Assembly (NCBI GenBank): GCA_965217185.1
Contig: OZ244252.1
Location: 384,001-448,000 of the forward strand
Direction: 5' to 3'
Length of the DNA stretch: 64,000 nucleotides
Source of the DNA: an uncultured Candidatus Entotheonella sp.
GTDB lineage: Bacteria; Tectomicrobia; Entotheonellia; Entotheonellales; Entotheonellaceae
Shown one piece after another: positions 28,745-40,401 of the stretch. The notes below the pieces were generated by a model. It was not told the origin of the DNA and made no database searches. It saw only the letters and a list, made by a program, of their open reading frames with translations. The translations under genes and the position numbers were made by a program. Position 1 is the first letter of the stretch; the number at the start of each line of letters is the position of its first letter.

Positions 28745-29674
28745 ATGAAAACTCTGTGTGCGCCAGTAAACTGGCGTTGGCTTGGCGTCTTGACCATCTG
28801 CTGCGTAATGGCGGTGGGTTGCGCGTACAATGACACCTTTGAAGCGCCGCCGTCACCTCTCGACAAATTGGCCGAGGTAGCCGACGTGCTCCAGACGGTC
28901 AATGATCGTGGGTACGGGGAACTTTTTCCTGACGAGGTAGCCGCTTTGCAGGCACGCCACAAGGCGGCGCGGCTGGCGTATTACTCAAGGAGCCAGGATT
29001 CCAGTGCACTGTCGATGAGCATCGTTGCCGATGCGAACGCGTTGATGGCGCCTCAGCCGAATCAGGCTCCGGTTGCCAGGTTCAGCGGTCCGGCAACGGG
29101 CTGGGCGAACGAGGCGGTGTCGTTTGATGCCTCTGCCTCCGTCGACCCCGAGGGCGATCCGCTCATTTATACCTGGGATTTCGGTGACGGCACGACCCAT
29201 CGAATTTCCTGGCCGCAGACGGAACACTGGTTTGCCGTTGCCCGTACGCATGTCGTGCGTTTGACTGTTAGCGACCATCAGGGGGAATCGGACATCACAA
29301 GCCAGGCGATATCGATCGCACAGCGAATGGTGATCCCGCAGCCTTCGATTGTCTTGTTCGAGTTTGATTCGGTAGTCCTTCAGTCTGAGGCGTTGTCGCA
29401 GCTTAGTGGTGTGGTGCAGACCCTGAAGCAGCAGCCGACCTTGCAGGCCGACATCGTGGGGCATACCGATTCCCAGGGAAGTGAGTCGTACAACCTGGCG
29501 CTTTCGCAGCGTCGGGCTGGCGCTGTGAGTGACTACCTGGTCACCAACGGCGTTGCGGCCTCCAGGCTCAACACGAGTTGGCGCGGCGAGTCGGAACCGG
29601 CTTTCCCGAATACGACCGCCGAGTTCCGCGCGCTCAATCGGCGCGTGGAAGTCATCCTGCGCCCCCCCATGTAG
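28745..29674 (+). CDS. Lipoprotein with PKD and OmpA-like domains
   Basis: AVGC lipobox, YTWDFGDG, VGHTDSQGSESYNLALSQRRA and NRRVE motifs. Confidence 0.9.
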   Translation: MKTLCAPVNWRWLGVLTICCVMAVGCAYNDTFEAPPSPLDKLAEVADVLQTVNDRGYGELFPDEVAALQARHKAARLAYYSRSQDSSALSMSIVADANALMAPQPNQAPVARFSGPATGWANEAVSFDASASVDPEGDPLIYTWDFGDGTTHRISWPQTEHWFAVARTHVVRLTVSDHQGESDITSQAISIAQRMVIPQPSIVLFEFDSVVLQSEALSQLSGVVQTLKQQPTLQADIVGHTDSQGSESYNLALSQRRAGAVSDYLVTNGVAASRLNTSWRGESEPAFPNTTAEFRALNRRVEVILRPPM

Positions 29675-29743
29675 CCTACCTGTCTCTGATTGTGGCACGG
29701 TCTATCGCCTGTCCGTCCTCGGCGTGACCGTGCCACACCCACC

Positions 29744-29775
29744 GTAGGTCGGATTCGCTACAGGCGTAATCCGAC
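29744..29775 (+). repeat. GTAG-type REP palindrome, copy 2
   Basis: GTAGGTCGGATT-CGCTACAGGCGT-AATCCGAC. Confidence 0.8.
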
Positions 29776-29781
29776 GTTCCA

Positions 29782-31416
29782 CTAAGTCGTATAATCCGTA
29801 AAACGCAGCGTCGTGGCGCGCGCCCGGAAGTCCGTCTTGACATTCACGATAGCGGGCTTGCCGGAAGCATAGGCGCGTTCCAGAGCCGGGCGAATATCGC
29901 CGGGCTTTTCCACGTACTCGCCGTGCCCGCCAAAGGCGTCCATCATCTTTTCGTAGCGCTGGTAGCCCAGCGTCCGGCCCACCTTGTTGCCTTCCGGGTC
30001 GGCCGTCCAGCCGCCGTTCAGGCTGATCACCGTGACGATGGGGATGTTGTGCCGCACGGCCGTATCCATCTCCATGGCGTTCATGCCGAACGAGCCGTCG
30101 CCGTGCAGGACCATGACCTGTTTGTCCGGTTGCCCCACCTTGGCGCCAACGCCGAACGGCACGCCGACTCCCATGGTGCCGAAAGAGCCGGAATTGAGCC
30201 GGTGCCCCGGTCGGTACGTCGGGATGGACTGGCGGCCGTAGTTGAGAATCTCCTGGCCGTCGACCACCAGAATGGCATCGCGATCCAGAAAATCCTTCAC
30301 TTCCTTGCATAGCCGCAGCGGGTGGATCGGCACCTCATCGGAGTGCATCAGCGGCTCTAAGCGTGCCTGTCCCTTGAGGTCCTGCTCGCGCAGCGCAGCG
30401 ATCCAGGCCGTCTCCTTCTGCGGCTCAAACTTGCCCTGAACCAGGTCCAGCATCTGCCGCAAAACGGCCTTGGCGTCGCCAGCGATGCCCACGTCAACCG
30501 GCCGGTTGCGGCCAATTTCGGTCGGGTCGATATTCACCTGAATGGTCTTGGCATCGGCATTGAAGCGCGGCGCCTGCCCGTGCGAGATCACGTAGTTGAA
30601 GCGGGTGGCGAGGAAGAGAATGACGTCAGCCTCGCGGAAGGCCAGCGAGCGGGCGCTGAGAAAGCAGCGCGGGTGGTCTTCGGGCACCACGCCGCGGCCT
30701 TGCGGGGTGGTGAAGAAGGGGATGCCGGTCTCGTCGACGAACTGCTGCATCTCGGCGGCGGCATCGGCCCAGATGATGCCTGTGCCGCTGACGATCAGCG
30801 GCCGCTCCGCCCGCGACAGCATGCTGACGGCCTCAGCCACCTGACCGGCGTCACCCATGCTGCGGTGGTGCGTCTTGGCGGGCGCCGGCCACACCACGTC
30901 GTCTTCATCGACGCGGCTGTAAAGAACGTCGCCGGGGAGATCGAGGTACGACGGCCCCATCCGGCCGTTCATGGCCTGGCGATAGGCGATGTTGATGTAT
31001 TCGGGCATGCGCTTTGGGTTGATAGCCTGCCCGGCCCACTTGCTCGCCGGACGCATCATGCTGAGTTGGTCGACTTCCTGAAATGTCTCGCTGTGAAAGT
31101 GGTGGATGGGGCTGGCGCCGCCGAGCGCGACCACCGGTGCTGCGTCGGTGAGGGCGTGCGCCAGGCCGGTCAGCAGGTTGGTGGCGGCAGGGCCAGAAGC
31201 GGTGGAGCACACCCCGGCTTTGCCGGTGACGCGCGCATAGGCGTTGGCCATCATCGCTGCGGCCTGTTCGTGGCGCACGTCAATCACCTTCATGCCAAGC
31301 TGGCGGCAGCTGTCCTGGGCGCCCAGCATCGGGCCGCCCATGATGAAAAACATCGTGTCGGCGCCCTCATTTTGCAGGGCACGAGCGACGAGTTCGTATC
31401 CGTATACCTCTCCCAT
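29782..31416 (-). CDS. TPP-dependent enzyme, 2-hydroxyacyl-CoA lyase/oxalyl-CoA decarboxylase-like
   Basis: RHEQAA, GSFGTMGVG and HGDGSFGMNAME motifs. Confidence 0.85.
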   Translation of the reverse strand: MGEVYGYELVARALQNEGADTMFFIMGGPMLGAQDSCRQLGMKVIDVRHEQAAAMMANAYARVTGKAGVCSTASGPAATNLLTGLAHALTDAAPVVALGGASPIHHFHSETFQEVDQLSMMRPASKWAGQAINPKRMPEYINIAYRQAMNGRMGPSYLDLPGDVLYSRVDEDDVVWPAPAKTHHRSMGDAGQVAEAVSMLSRAERPLIVSGTGIIWADAAAEMQQFVDETGIPFFTTPQGRGVVPEDHPRCFLSARSLAFREADVILFLATRFNYVISHGQAPRFNADAKTIQVNIDPTEIGRNRPVDVGIAGDAKAVLRQMLDLVQGKFEPQKETAWIAALREQDLKGQARLEPLMHSDEVPIHPLRLCKEVKDFLDRDAILVVDGQEILNYGRQSIPTYRPGHRLNSGSFGTMGVGVPFGVGAKVGQPDKQVMVLHGDGSFGMNAMEMDTAVRHNIPIVTVISLNGGWTADPEGNKVGRTLGYQRYEKMMDAFGGHGEYVEKPGDIRPALERAYASGKPAIVNVKTDFRARATTLRFTDYTT

Positions 31417-31608
31417 GTAACGCTCCTTGATGCGTAGTGATTGGGCTGGTTTGCCGTGTGACGTGTGATGGTACGTGGCGGAAAACCGATGAGAACCCAG
31501 CGCCGGAACGGCGCCGGGGAAGTGCTCAAGCGGTGTCTATCATAGGGCTAGGCAGCGGCTCAAGGCAAGCGGGGAACCGTGTTGTGGCAGCCTCGTCCCG
31601 GTTTGGTC

Positions 31609-33000
31609 TCAGATGTGGATGGCTTCGTCGTAAGCGTCGCCGACCGCCTCCATGATGGCTTCGGAAAGGGTGGGGTGGGCGTGCACGGTTTTGAGGACCT
31701 CGTAATGGGTCGTTTCGAGCGTGCGGGCGATGCCGGCTTCGGCGATCAGGTCGGTGGCCTCCGAGCCGACGATGTGGGTGCCCAGGAGCTCATCGCTGTT
31801 GGCGTCGAAGATGACCTTCACCATGCCTTCGCTATCGCCGACCGCCAGGGCCTTGCCGCTGGCTGAGAAGGGAAAGCGTCCGACGCGGATGTTGCGGCCG
31901 GCTTCGCGGGCGGCGTTCTCGGTGAGGCCGACGCTGGCGACCTGCGGGTGGCAGTAGGTGCAACCGGGGATGTTGTCGTAATTGACGCCGGGGTGATCCA
32001 GGCCGGCGATCGTCTCAACCGCGGCAACGCCTTCCGCCGACGCCACGTGCGCCAGGCACGGCTGGCCGTTGAGGTCGCCGATGGCGTAAATGCCTGGCAC
32101 GTTGGTGCGGCAGTGCGCGTCCACCGGTACAAAGCCGCGTTCGCTGTGCACGCCGGCGGCGTCGAGACCAAGGGTTTCGACGTTGCCCTGCACGCCGATG
32201 GCGACCAGTACCTTGTCGGCCTGCACGGTCTGTGCGCCCTGCGGTGTGTTGACTTGTAACTGCAAGCCGTTGCCAGCCGCTTCCACGCCGTCCACCCGGC
32301 TTTCGACAAGGATGTCGATCCCCTGCTGGGTGAGTGACTTGTGCAGCGCGGCGCTGATTTCGTGGTCCTCCACCGGCAGCACCTGCGGTAGCATCTCGAT
32401 GAGCGCCACGCGGCTGCCGAAGGTGTTGTAGAGATAGGCGAATTCAACGCCGACCGCGCCAGCGCCGACGATCGCCAGAGACCCCGGCACTTCCTGGAGC
32501 AGCATAGCCTCGGTGCTGCTGAGAACCTGTGTGCCGTCGAACGGCAGGCCCGGCAGCTCGCGTGGACGCGCGCCGGCAGCGAGGATGACGTTCGGGGCGT
32601 TCAGCGTGGCGGTGACGTTGCCCTGTTCGTCGTGTACTGACACCACGCCCGCACCGGCCAGGCGGCCCGTGCCCTGCACCACCTGCACCTTGTTTTTGCG
32701 CATCAGAAACGCCACCCCTTGCGCCAGCCGGTCGGCCACTTGGCGGCTGCGGGCGATGATCTGCGGAAAATCGAATCGCAGATTGTCGCAATGCACGCCA
32801 AACTCGGCGCCTTTCCGCATCAGGTCATAAATTTCGGCATTGCGCAGCAGGGCCTTGGTCGGGATGCAGCCCCAGTTCAGGCAGATACCGCCCAGGGCTG
32901 CCTGCTCCACCAGCGCCACCTGCATGCCAAGCTGCGCGGCACGAATCGCCGCCACGTATCCCCCTGGTCCACCGCCGACAATGATGAGATCTTCCGCCAC
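31609..33000 (-). CDS. lpdA: Dihydrolipoamide dehydrogenase
   Basis: GGGPGG, GGICLNWGCIPTK and HAHPTLSE motifs. Confidence 0.96.
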   Translation of the reverse strand: MAEDLIIVGGGPGGYVAAIRAAQLGMQVALVEQAALGGICLNWGCIPTKALLRNAEIYDLMRKGAEFGVHCDNLRFDFPQIIARSRQVADRLAQGVAFLMRKNKVQVVQGTGRLAGAGVVSVHDEQGNVTATLNAPNVILAAGARPRELPGLPFDGTQVLSSTEAMLLQEVPGSLAIVGAGAVGVEFAYLYNTFGSRVALIEMLPQVLPVEDHEISAALHKSLTQQGIDILVESRVDGVEAAGNGLQLQVNTPQGAQTVQADKVLVAIGVQGNVETLGLDAAGVHSERGFVPVDAHCRTNVPGIYAIGDLNGQPCLAHVASAEGVAAVETIAGLDHPGVNYDNIPGCTYCHPQVASVGLTENAAREAGRNIRVGRFPFSASGKALAVGDSEGMVKVIFDANSDELLGTHIVGSEATDLIAEAGIARTLETTHYEVLKTVHAHPTLSEAIMEAVGDAYDEAIHI

Positions 33001-33186
33001 GTGTTCCCCTTTGCGGGCCGTTGCCCGGCCACGGTTCGACAGGTCCGAAATGCGTCCATTCGAGGCTGTGAACATACGTTGCCGAAAGCGCAAAAGTCAA
33101 CAGACCCGGCGCGTTGCGACGCCATCCCCCGTGTGCTACCGTTGCCGCCTGTTCCCAGTGGCCGCGAATGTGATGAAGGAGGTGTT

Positions 33187-34632
<1,446 letters not shown>

Positions 34633-34669
34633 GGCAGGGTGTTGACGATTCACGACGGGAGAGACAGGG

Positions 34670-36016
34670 ATGACGATTGAGCCTCAGGTGGTGCAGGACC
34701 TGCTGCAAACGGCGCGCGCACGCGGCGCTACCGGCGGCGACGCGCTGCTGGTGGACAGCACGTCTTTCGAGGCGCAGGTACGGTTGGGAGACGTCGAGAC
34801 GGTACAGAATTCGCACCAGAAGCGCTTGGGGCTACGGCTGTTCTTCGGACAGCGCTCGGCCACCACGTCGACCTCGGATTTCTCGTCGGCGTCGCTGCGG
34901 CAACTGCTCGACGACACCTGTGCGCTGGCGCAGGCGATGGCTGAAGACGAATACGCCGGCCTGCCCGATCCCGGCGAGGTTGCGACCACGGTACCCGACT
35001 TGGCGTTGTACGACGACAGCCTGCAGCAACTGCCGCCGGCCGAGCGCATTGCCATGGCGCGAGACGCGGAAAAGGCCGCCCTGGACTACGACAGCCGTAT
35101 CACCAACTCGGAAGGCGGCTCGTACGATAGCTCGCAAGGCGAGGTGACGTACGTCAACAGTCACGGATTCGTCGGGCACTACCGCGCCAGCCTGGCCAGT
35201 CTGTCAGTCGCCTCGATTGCTTCGGACGTGGGGGGCATGCAGAGCGGTTCGTGGTTCACCGCCGGACGCCGGATGGACAGCCTGCAGGCGCCGGAAGCGT
35301 TGGGTCGGGAGGCCGCGCGCCGCACCCTGCGGCTGCTGGGCGCTCGCCGCGTGCCGACGCAAAAGGTGCCGGTGGTTTTTGATGCCACCGTCGCTGCCGG
35401 TTTGCTGAACCACCTGTTCTCGGCAGTTTCGGGCTCCGCTATCTATCGCGCTGCGTCGTTCCTCACGGATTGCATCGGGCAGAAAATTGCCCCCGAAACG
35501 GTCACCGTATACGACGACGGCACGCTGACTGGCGCGCCGGGCTCGAAGCCGTTCGATGGCGAGGGGCTGCCGACCCGCCGCACCACCGTGGTGGAGCAGG
35601 GCGTCCTGCGCACCTATCTGCTCGATACCTACACGGGCCGCAAGCTGGGCATGCGCTCGACGGGCAATGCGGCGCGCTCGGCAGGGGACGCGCCAAGCGT
35701 GAGCCCGACGAATTTTTATATGGTGCCGGGCACGGCGACGCCCGAAGAAATCATTGCTTCGGTGCCGAACGGCCTGTATGTGACCGGTCTGATCGGTTTC
35801 GGCGTCAACCCCGTTACCGGCGATTATTCGCGCGGCGCTTCCGGGTTGTGGATCGAGGGGGGGGAGCTGACCTATGCGGTCGAGGAGATTACGATCGCGG
35901 GCAACCTGCGCCAGATGCTGGCTGACATCGAGATGATCGGCAATGATTTGGACAGGCGCCGCCGGGTGATGGCCCCAACGCTGAAGATTTGCGAGATGAC
36001 CATCGCCGGCAGCTAG
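34670..36016 (+). CDS. pmbA: TldE/PmbA protein
   Basis: FDGEG, STGNA, TGDYSRGASG and EITIAGNL motifs; follows tldD. Confidence 0.93.
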   Translation: MTIEPQVVQDLLQTARARGATGGDALLVDSTSFEAQVRLGDVETVQNSHQKRLGLRLFFGQRSATTSTSDFSSASLRQLLDDTCALAQAMAEDEYAGLPDPGEVATTVPDLALYDDSLQQLPPAERIAMARDAEKAALDYDSRITNSEGGSYDSSQGEVTYVNSHGFVGHYRASLASLSVASIASDVGGMQSGSWFTAGRRMDSLQAPEALGREAARRTLRLLGARRVPTQKVPVVFDATVAAGLLNHLFSAVSGSAIYRAASFLTDCIGQKIAPETVTVYDDGTLTGAPGSKPFDGEGLPTRRTTVVEQGVLRTYLLDTYTGRKLGMRSTGNAARSAGDAPSVSPTNFYMVPGTATPEEIIASVPNGLYVTGLIGFGVNPVTGDYSRGASGLWIEGGELTYAVEEITIAGNLRQMLADIEMIGNDLDRRRRVMAPTLKICEMTIAGS

Positions 36017-36081
36017 GATTAGTGAGCGGCTGGAAGGTGTGCTTTGTTGGTTATGATCAACTCAGAGTTGCCAATTTGCCG

Positions 36082-37176
36082 TCAACAAGGGGCGTTGTAG
36101 TTTGTGGCGGTTGCCTTGAGTTGGTCAGCGTATTGATAGATGTCGTCCAGCGTATCGATCGGATGTCGGGTTTCCGTTTTCTCAGCGTCGAAAAGACCGA
36201 TGTACTTCTGCCGCCTATTGAAGTGTAGGCGACATATCGGCCTCCGGTTCGTGTCATCCAACAGAATGCCCATATAGCTGATGGTATCCCGGTGGACAAT
36301 TCGCTGAGGCTCCACCACCTCTCGAAGCAGAGCTTTCACGATATGATATCCCTCCAACTCTTCCTCTGTGGTTTCAATACGACTGTCCTGTTCTGATGCA
36401 GTTGAAATCGCATCCGACGCTGCGGCTTCTTCGGGGCTTCTCGTCATTATTGGGGTTGTGTCTTCCTCGCTCAACGCTGACTTCAGGCGTTTGCTGATGT
36501 GGTCGTTGATAAACTGGAGGAAGGCGCGCTTTGTGATTGGCACAAACTGCGTGAGAACATTTTGGGTTTTTGTCCCAGGGTAGACCTGTGAAGCCAGAAA
36601 CCGCACAAAATCTTGGGAAGGCTCCGTCACTTGTTCATCCAAGAACAGCTTGATCTCACGTGTGTACTTCAGGTCGCTGGCTGTTGAAAGCACCTCATCC
36701 AAGTTAAATCCCGACTTGGTCAACTTCTTGAGTTCACCCAGCAATGATTCCTGCATATCAAGCAAGTTGAATTCCAGGAATGGTGTGGAATCCATCTGGT
36801 TCGTTTTTTCCAAATCAGAAAAGAAGCGATATACGACGCCATTGGTCAAGACCCCGATACGGGCTTCCGTAGCAGAGAAATAACGGAAAAGTTGGCTTAT
36901 GTGGGTGTCGTCAAGATTCGCATCGCATTTCTTGCATTCAAACAAGATGGCCGGCTCGCCATCATGCAGGATGGCGTAATCGGCCTTTTCACCCTTCTTG
37001 ATTCCGACATCCGCCGTATATTCTGGGACAACTTCACTCGGATCGAACACATCGTATCCGAGCAGACTGATGAACGGCATGACAAAGGCAGTCTTCGTTG
37101 CTTCTTCGGTCCCAATTTGATCCCGTTGACGTTGAATCTTCGTCGCAAGAGCTTGTAATTGGTCGATAAAATCCAT
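36082..37176 (-). CDS. Stand-alone HsdR N-terminal-domain (PD-(D/E)xK) nuclease-like protein
   Basis: EEATKTAFVMPF, PEYTADVGIKKGEKADYAI, FECK and LTNG motifs; visibly lower GC. Confidence 0.85.
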   Translation of the reverse strand: MDFIDQLQALATKIQRQRDQIGTEEATKTAFVMPFISLLGYDVFDPSEVVPEYTADVGIKKGEKADYAILHDGEPAILFECKKCDANLDDTHISQLFRYFSATEARIGVLTNGVVYRFFSDLEKTNQMDSTPFLEFNLLDMQESLLGELKKLTKSGFNLDEVLSTASDLKYTREIKLFLDEQVTEPSQDFVRFLASQVYPGTKTQNVLTQFVPITKRAFLQFINDHISKRLKSALSEEDTTPIMTRSPEEAAASDAISTASEQDSRIETTEEELEGYHIVKALLREVVEPQRIVHRDTISYMGILLDDTNRRPICRLHFNRRQKYIGLFDAEKTETRHPIDTLDDIYQYADQLKATATNYNAPC

Positions 37177-37470
37177 CACTACCTCCTTACCGTGCAGTGA
37201 TAGATGCATCCCGCCTATATCCGTCATGCAATGGGATTGCACAGGATGCATCAGCACAGAGATTGTTGAGATGTTCCCCCGCGAATAGCCATTGCGAAGA
37301 TGGCTTTGGACCGACTTGAAAGCCCGTTATCAAGCGCGTCCATCTGCGCACGGGAGTGAGATGGGGGGCGGAAGAGCATGATCGCTCAGAAGGTGCGACG
37401 CGGAGGCACACGCCACAGGGTGTGGGTCTGCCACACGCCGTGTCGGTCGTGTTCTCTACGTGCGTTCCCG

Positions 37471-38244
37471 CTATTCCTGCTCTCGTTTCACCGGATTACG
37501 CAGCACACCGATTTGCGAGATTTCGATTTCCACCGTGTCGCCGTCTTCCATTGGTCCAACGCCTTCGCAGGTGCCGGTAAAAATGGCGTCACCGGGATTC
37601 ATCGTGACCACTTGGCTGATGAAGCTGATCATGGTTGGCACGTCGAAAATCAACTGATCCGTCCCCGAATGCTGCTTGACCTCACCATTCAGGCGCGTTT
37701 CCAGCGTCAGCTTCGACGGGTCGGCGATGTCGGTCTCGATCCACGGCCCGATCGGGGAAAACGTGTCGCTCGACTTGCCGCGCCACCACTGCAAATCGCC
37801 GCGCTGCCAGCCGCGGGCGCTCACGTCGTTGCCGCAGGTGTAGCCCAGCACGTACTCAAGGGTGTTCTCCGGGGCGACGCGCTTGCACGTCTTGCCGATC
37901 ACTGCCACCAATTCGCCCTCAAAGTGGGTCATGCCGGCACCGGGCGGGATGCAGATCGGGTCGCCCGGATTGCACAGCGACGAGGGCACCTTGTAGAAGG
38001 GCTCCGGCTGGGTGGGAGCTTTACGGTCACTGCCGCTTTCCTGCACGTGCAGGGCGTAATTCAGGCCCAGGGCCAGCATCTTGCTGGGCGTGCAAGGCGT
38101 CAGGAGCTTGACGGTATTGAGCGGAAAGCTGCTGCCGGTCGGGACGCGGTCGCCGAAGAGGTCGCCTTCGATCTCCCTGATGTTCTCGCCTTCGGCAATG
38201 CCGTGGCGGATCTGACCGCCGGTCTGGAAACGGACCAACTTCAT
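37471..38244 (-). CDS. Fumarylacetoacetate hydrolase family protein
   Basis: GLNY, EGELVAVIGK, NDVSAR, GKSSDTF and PGDAIFTGT motifs. Confidence 0.93.
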   Translation of the reverse strand: MKLVRFQTGGQIRHGIAEGENIREIEGDLFGDRVPTGSSFPLNTVKLLTPCTPSKMLALGLNYALHVQESGSDRKAPTQPEPFYKVPSSLCNPGDPICIPPGAGMTHFEGELVAVIGKTCKRVAPENTLEYVLGYTCGNDVSARGWQRGDLQWWRGKSSDTFSPIGPWIETDIADPSKLTLETRLNGEVKQHSGTDQLIFDVPTMISFISQVVTMNPGDAIFTGTCEGVGPMEDGDTVEIEISQIGVLRNPVKREQE

Positions 38245-38494
38245 AACGTGTCTTCCTTCATTAGCGGGGAGTTGTGCCTTGGGAACGTTTCGGGGGCTAA
38301 TGGGGCTAATATAGTACAGGGCTTGGCGGCAGCAAAGGCATTTTTGGCGGACGATGTTTCGTGCCGCGGCGTCACGCGCCGGGGCTTGCAAGCGGGGGCC
38401 TGATACGGCTACACTGTCCAAAAGCTCCTCCCCGCAAAGAAGACCCGCGACTCGCTGTTTCCCATCGCATTTCCCAGGAGAATTCATCGCTATC

Positions 38495-39991
38495 ATGTCT
38501 GTCTCAGCAAGCATCTTGCGCGTGGCGATCGTGGTTGGCCTGTTCGCTTTCTGGACAGGGCACGCCTGGTGTCAGAACCTGGCGGTATTCCCGAAAGAAG
38601 ACCTTCTCCTCATCGGCGGTGATTTCCGCCTCCGCAGCATCCACAGCAACATGGCCGCCGCGAATGAAGCGGGCGGCGGCGAGAGCGGCGGGTTTCCCGT
38701 CGCCGACAGTTCCACGAAATCCTTCTTCGATACCCGCCTGCGTTTGTACTGGGACTTTCGGCCCAGCGAGTTGATGCGCGTTCATTACCGCATGGAAATC
38801 GGCGACGTCCGCTTTGGGGGTTGCGAAAGTAGCGACGTAGATTGCGAAATGGGTAGTGACGTCAGCGGCAATCTGGTGCCGGTGATCGGGCCGGGCGCCG
38901 GCGGTGGCGTCGGGGCCGACGGGGTGAACGTCGAGACCAAAAATATCTTCATGGAAATGATGCTACCCCTTATCCGCGGCCTGAGCTTTCGCGGCGGTAT
39001 CTTCGGCTACGGCGACCGCTACGACTTCAACATCCTGGCCGATGACTTTGCCGGTCTGCAATTAAACTACCGGCGCGGGGACGTCTCGGCGCATCTCGTG
39101 TATCTGAAATTCTTCGAGGGCGATACCCGGGATAACGCCGACGACAGCGACTGGGTCGGCATCGACGCGGAATACAAGCTGACGCCGTCGACGACGGTGG
39201 CGAGCTCCTTTCATTACTGGAGCGATCAGGAAAACAAGGGTGAATTGGAAGTCGATCCGTTCCAATACTGGATCGGTCTCGAAGTCACCACCCGCGTCGG
39301 TCCGACGCTCCTCAACGGCTACGCGATCCTCAATCAGGGCGAGGGCTACTTCGGTCGCCGCAGCGGCAAAAACGGCGGCTTCAACGCCAGCGTGGCGGGC
39401 GACTACTTTCTGTCCTTTGGCACCCTCGGGCTGCAGGCGCAGTACATCACCGGCGAGGCGGGCAGCAAGGTCCAACTCGAAAACGGCGACGCGGACATTG
39501 GGGCGTGGTTGAGCTACAAGAATCACATGTACCAAGGGCCGGGGATTATTTCGCGGGGGTCGATTGTCGATATCGGAGACGGCTTCAACAGCAAGTGGGG
39601 CACCGGAAACGGCTATTTCAACGGCGACTACAATGGGCGCCTGCTGCTCATCGCGCGGGGCGCTTTTCCGGTCCTGCAAAAGCAATATCGGGACAGGGTC
39701 ACCTTGCATGTGGTAGGCGCTTATGACATGGCCGCCGCTGAGAACGCCAACGGCGACAGCGACCGCGGTATCGAGTTCGACGTCTGGGCGCACGTCAACA
39801 TCATGCCCAAACTGTGGCTGCGCCTCGGCGCGGCGTACTACATGACGGGCGATTGGTGGAAGAACAACACCGACGCCTCCTTTGACGGCTGCGGCAGGTG
39901 GTGCAGCGAAGACCTAGCAGGACCGTCGGCGGGTTCCGACCCCGACAACGTCTGGCAATTTTCTGCACGGCTGCAATATGATTTCGGCTAA
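38495..39991 (+). CDS. Putative outer-membrane beta-barrel porin, paralogue 1
   Basis: Signal peptide, DTRLRL, amphipathic strands and C-terminal RLQYDFG. Confidence 0.75.
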   Translation: MSVSASILRVAIVVGLFAFWTGHAWCQNLAVFPKEDLLLIGGDFRLRSIHSNMAAANEAGGGESGGFPVADSSTKSFFDTRLRLYWDFRPSELMRVHYRMEIGDVRFGGCESSDVDCEMGSDVSGNLVPVIGPGAGGGVGADGVNVETKNIFMEMMLPLIRGLSFRGGIFGYGDRYDFNILADDFAGLQLNYRRGDVSAHLVYLKFFEGDTRDNADDSDWVGIDAEYKLTPSTTVASSFHYWSDQENKGELEVDPFQYWIGLEVTTRVGPTLLNGYAILNQGEGYFGRRSGKNGGFNASVAGDYFLSFGTLGLQAQYITGEAGSKVQLENGDADIGAWLSYKNHMYQGPGIISRGSIVDIGDGFNSKWGTGNGYFNGDYNGRLLLIARGAFPVLQKQYRDRVTLHVVGAYDMAAAENANGDSDRGIEFDVWAHVNIMPKLWLRLGAAYYMTGDWWKNNTDASFDGCGRWCSEDLAGPSAGSDPDNVWQFSARLQYDFG

Positions 39992-40382
39992 TCCCACACG
40001 ACGGATGATGCGCTGCCTCGCGGCGGGGCTGGGATGCCTCGTGTTTGCCGCCCTGGCGTACGGTCAGGACGGTGGCCATGGGTATCGGCTGCGCGTCGAG
40101 CCCGGCATGATGACCATGCGGCATACCGAGCGCCCGCGCCTGACCGTGGCCGTCGAGGACGCCTCGGGCCAGCCGGCCGATGACGTGCAGGTCGACTTCA
40201 CCGTCTCTGAGGGCGTTGTGACGCCCGACGGTTCCAGCCGCACACAGGATGGACGGGTTACCGGCACGTTCACCCCGGCTTTCGGAGGCGACGATCCCCG
40301 CCGGGCTTTCGTGGTCGTTTCGGCCGCCGGCCATGAGGTCACCGTTTTCATTGATATCGTTCCGGCCGTCTACGGGCGTTGA
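39978..40382 (+). CDS. Secreted Ig-like (Big_1-like) domain protein
   Basis: Signal peptide; LTVAVEDASGQP..VQVDF..TQDGRV pattern. Confidence 0.65.
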   Translation: MISANPTRRMMRCLAAGLGCLVFAALAYGQDGGHGYRLRVEPGMMTMRHTERPRLTVAVEDASGQPADDVQVDFTVSEGVVTPDGSSRTQDGRVTGTFTPAFGGDDPRRAFVVVSAAGHEVTVFIDIVPAVYGR

Positions 40383-40401
40383 CAGCAAAGGTGTCTTGCA
40401 C

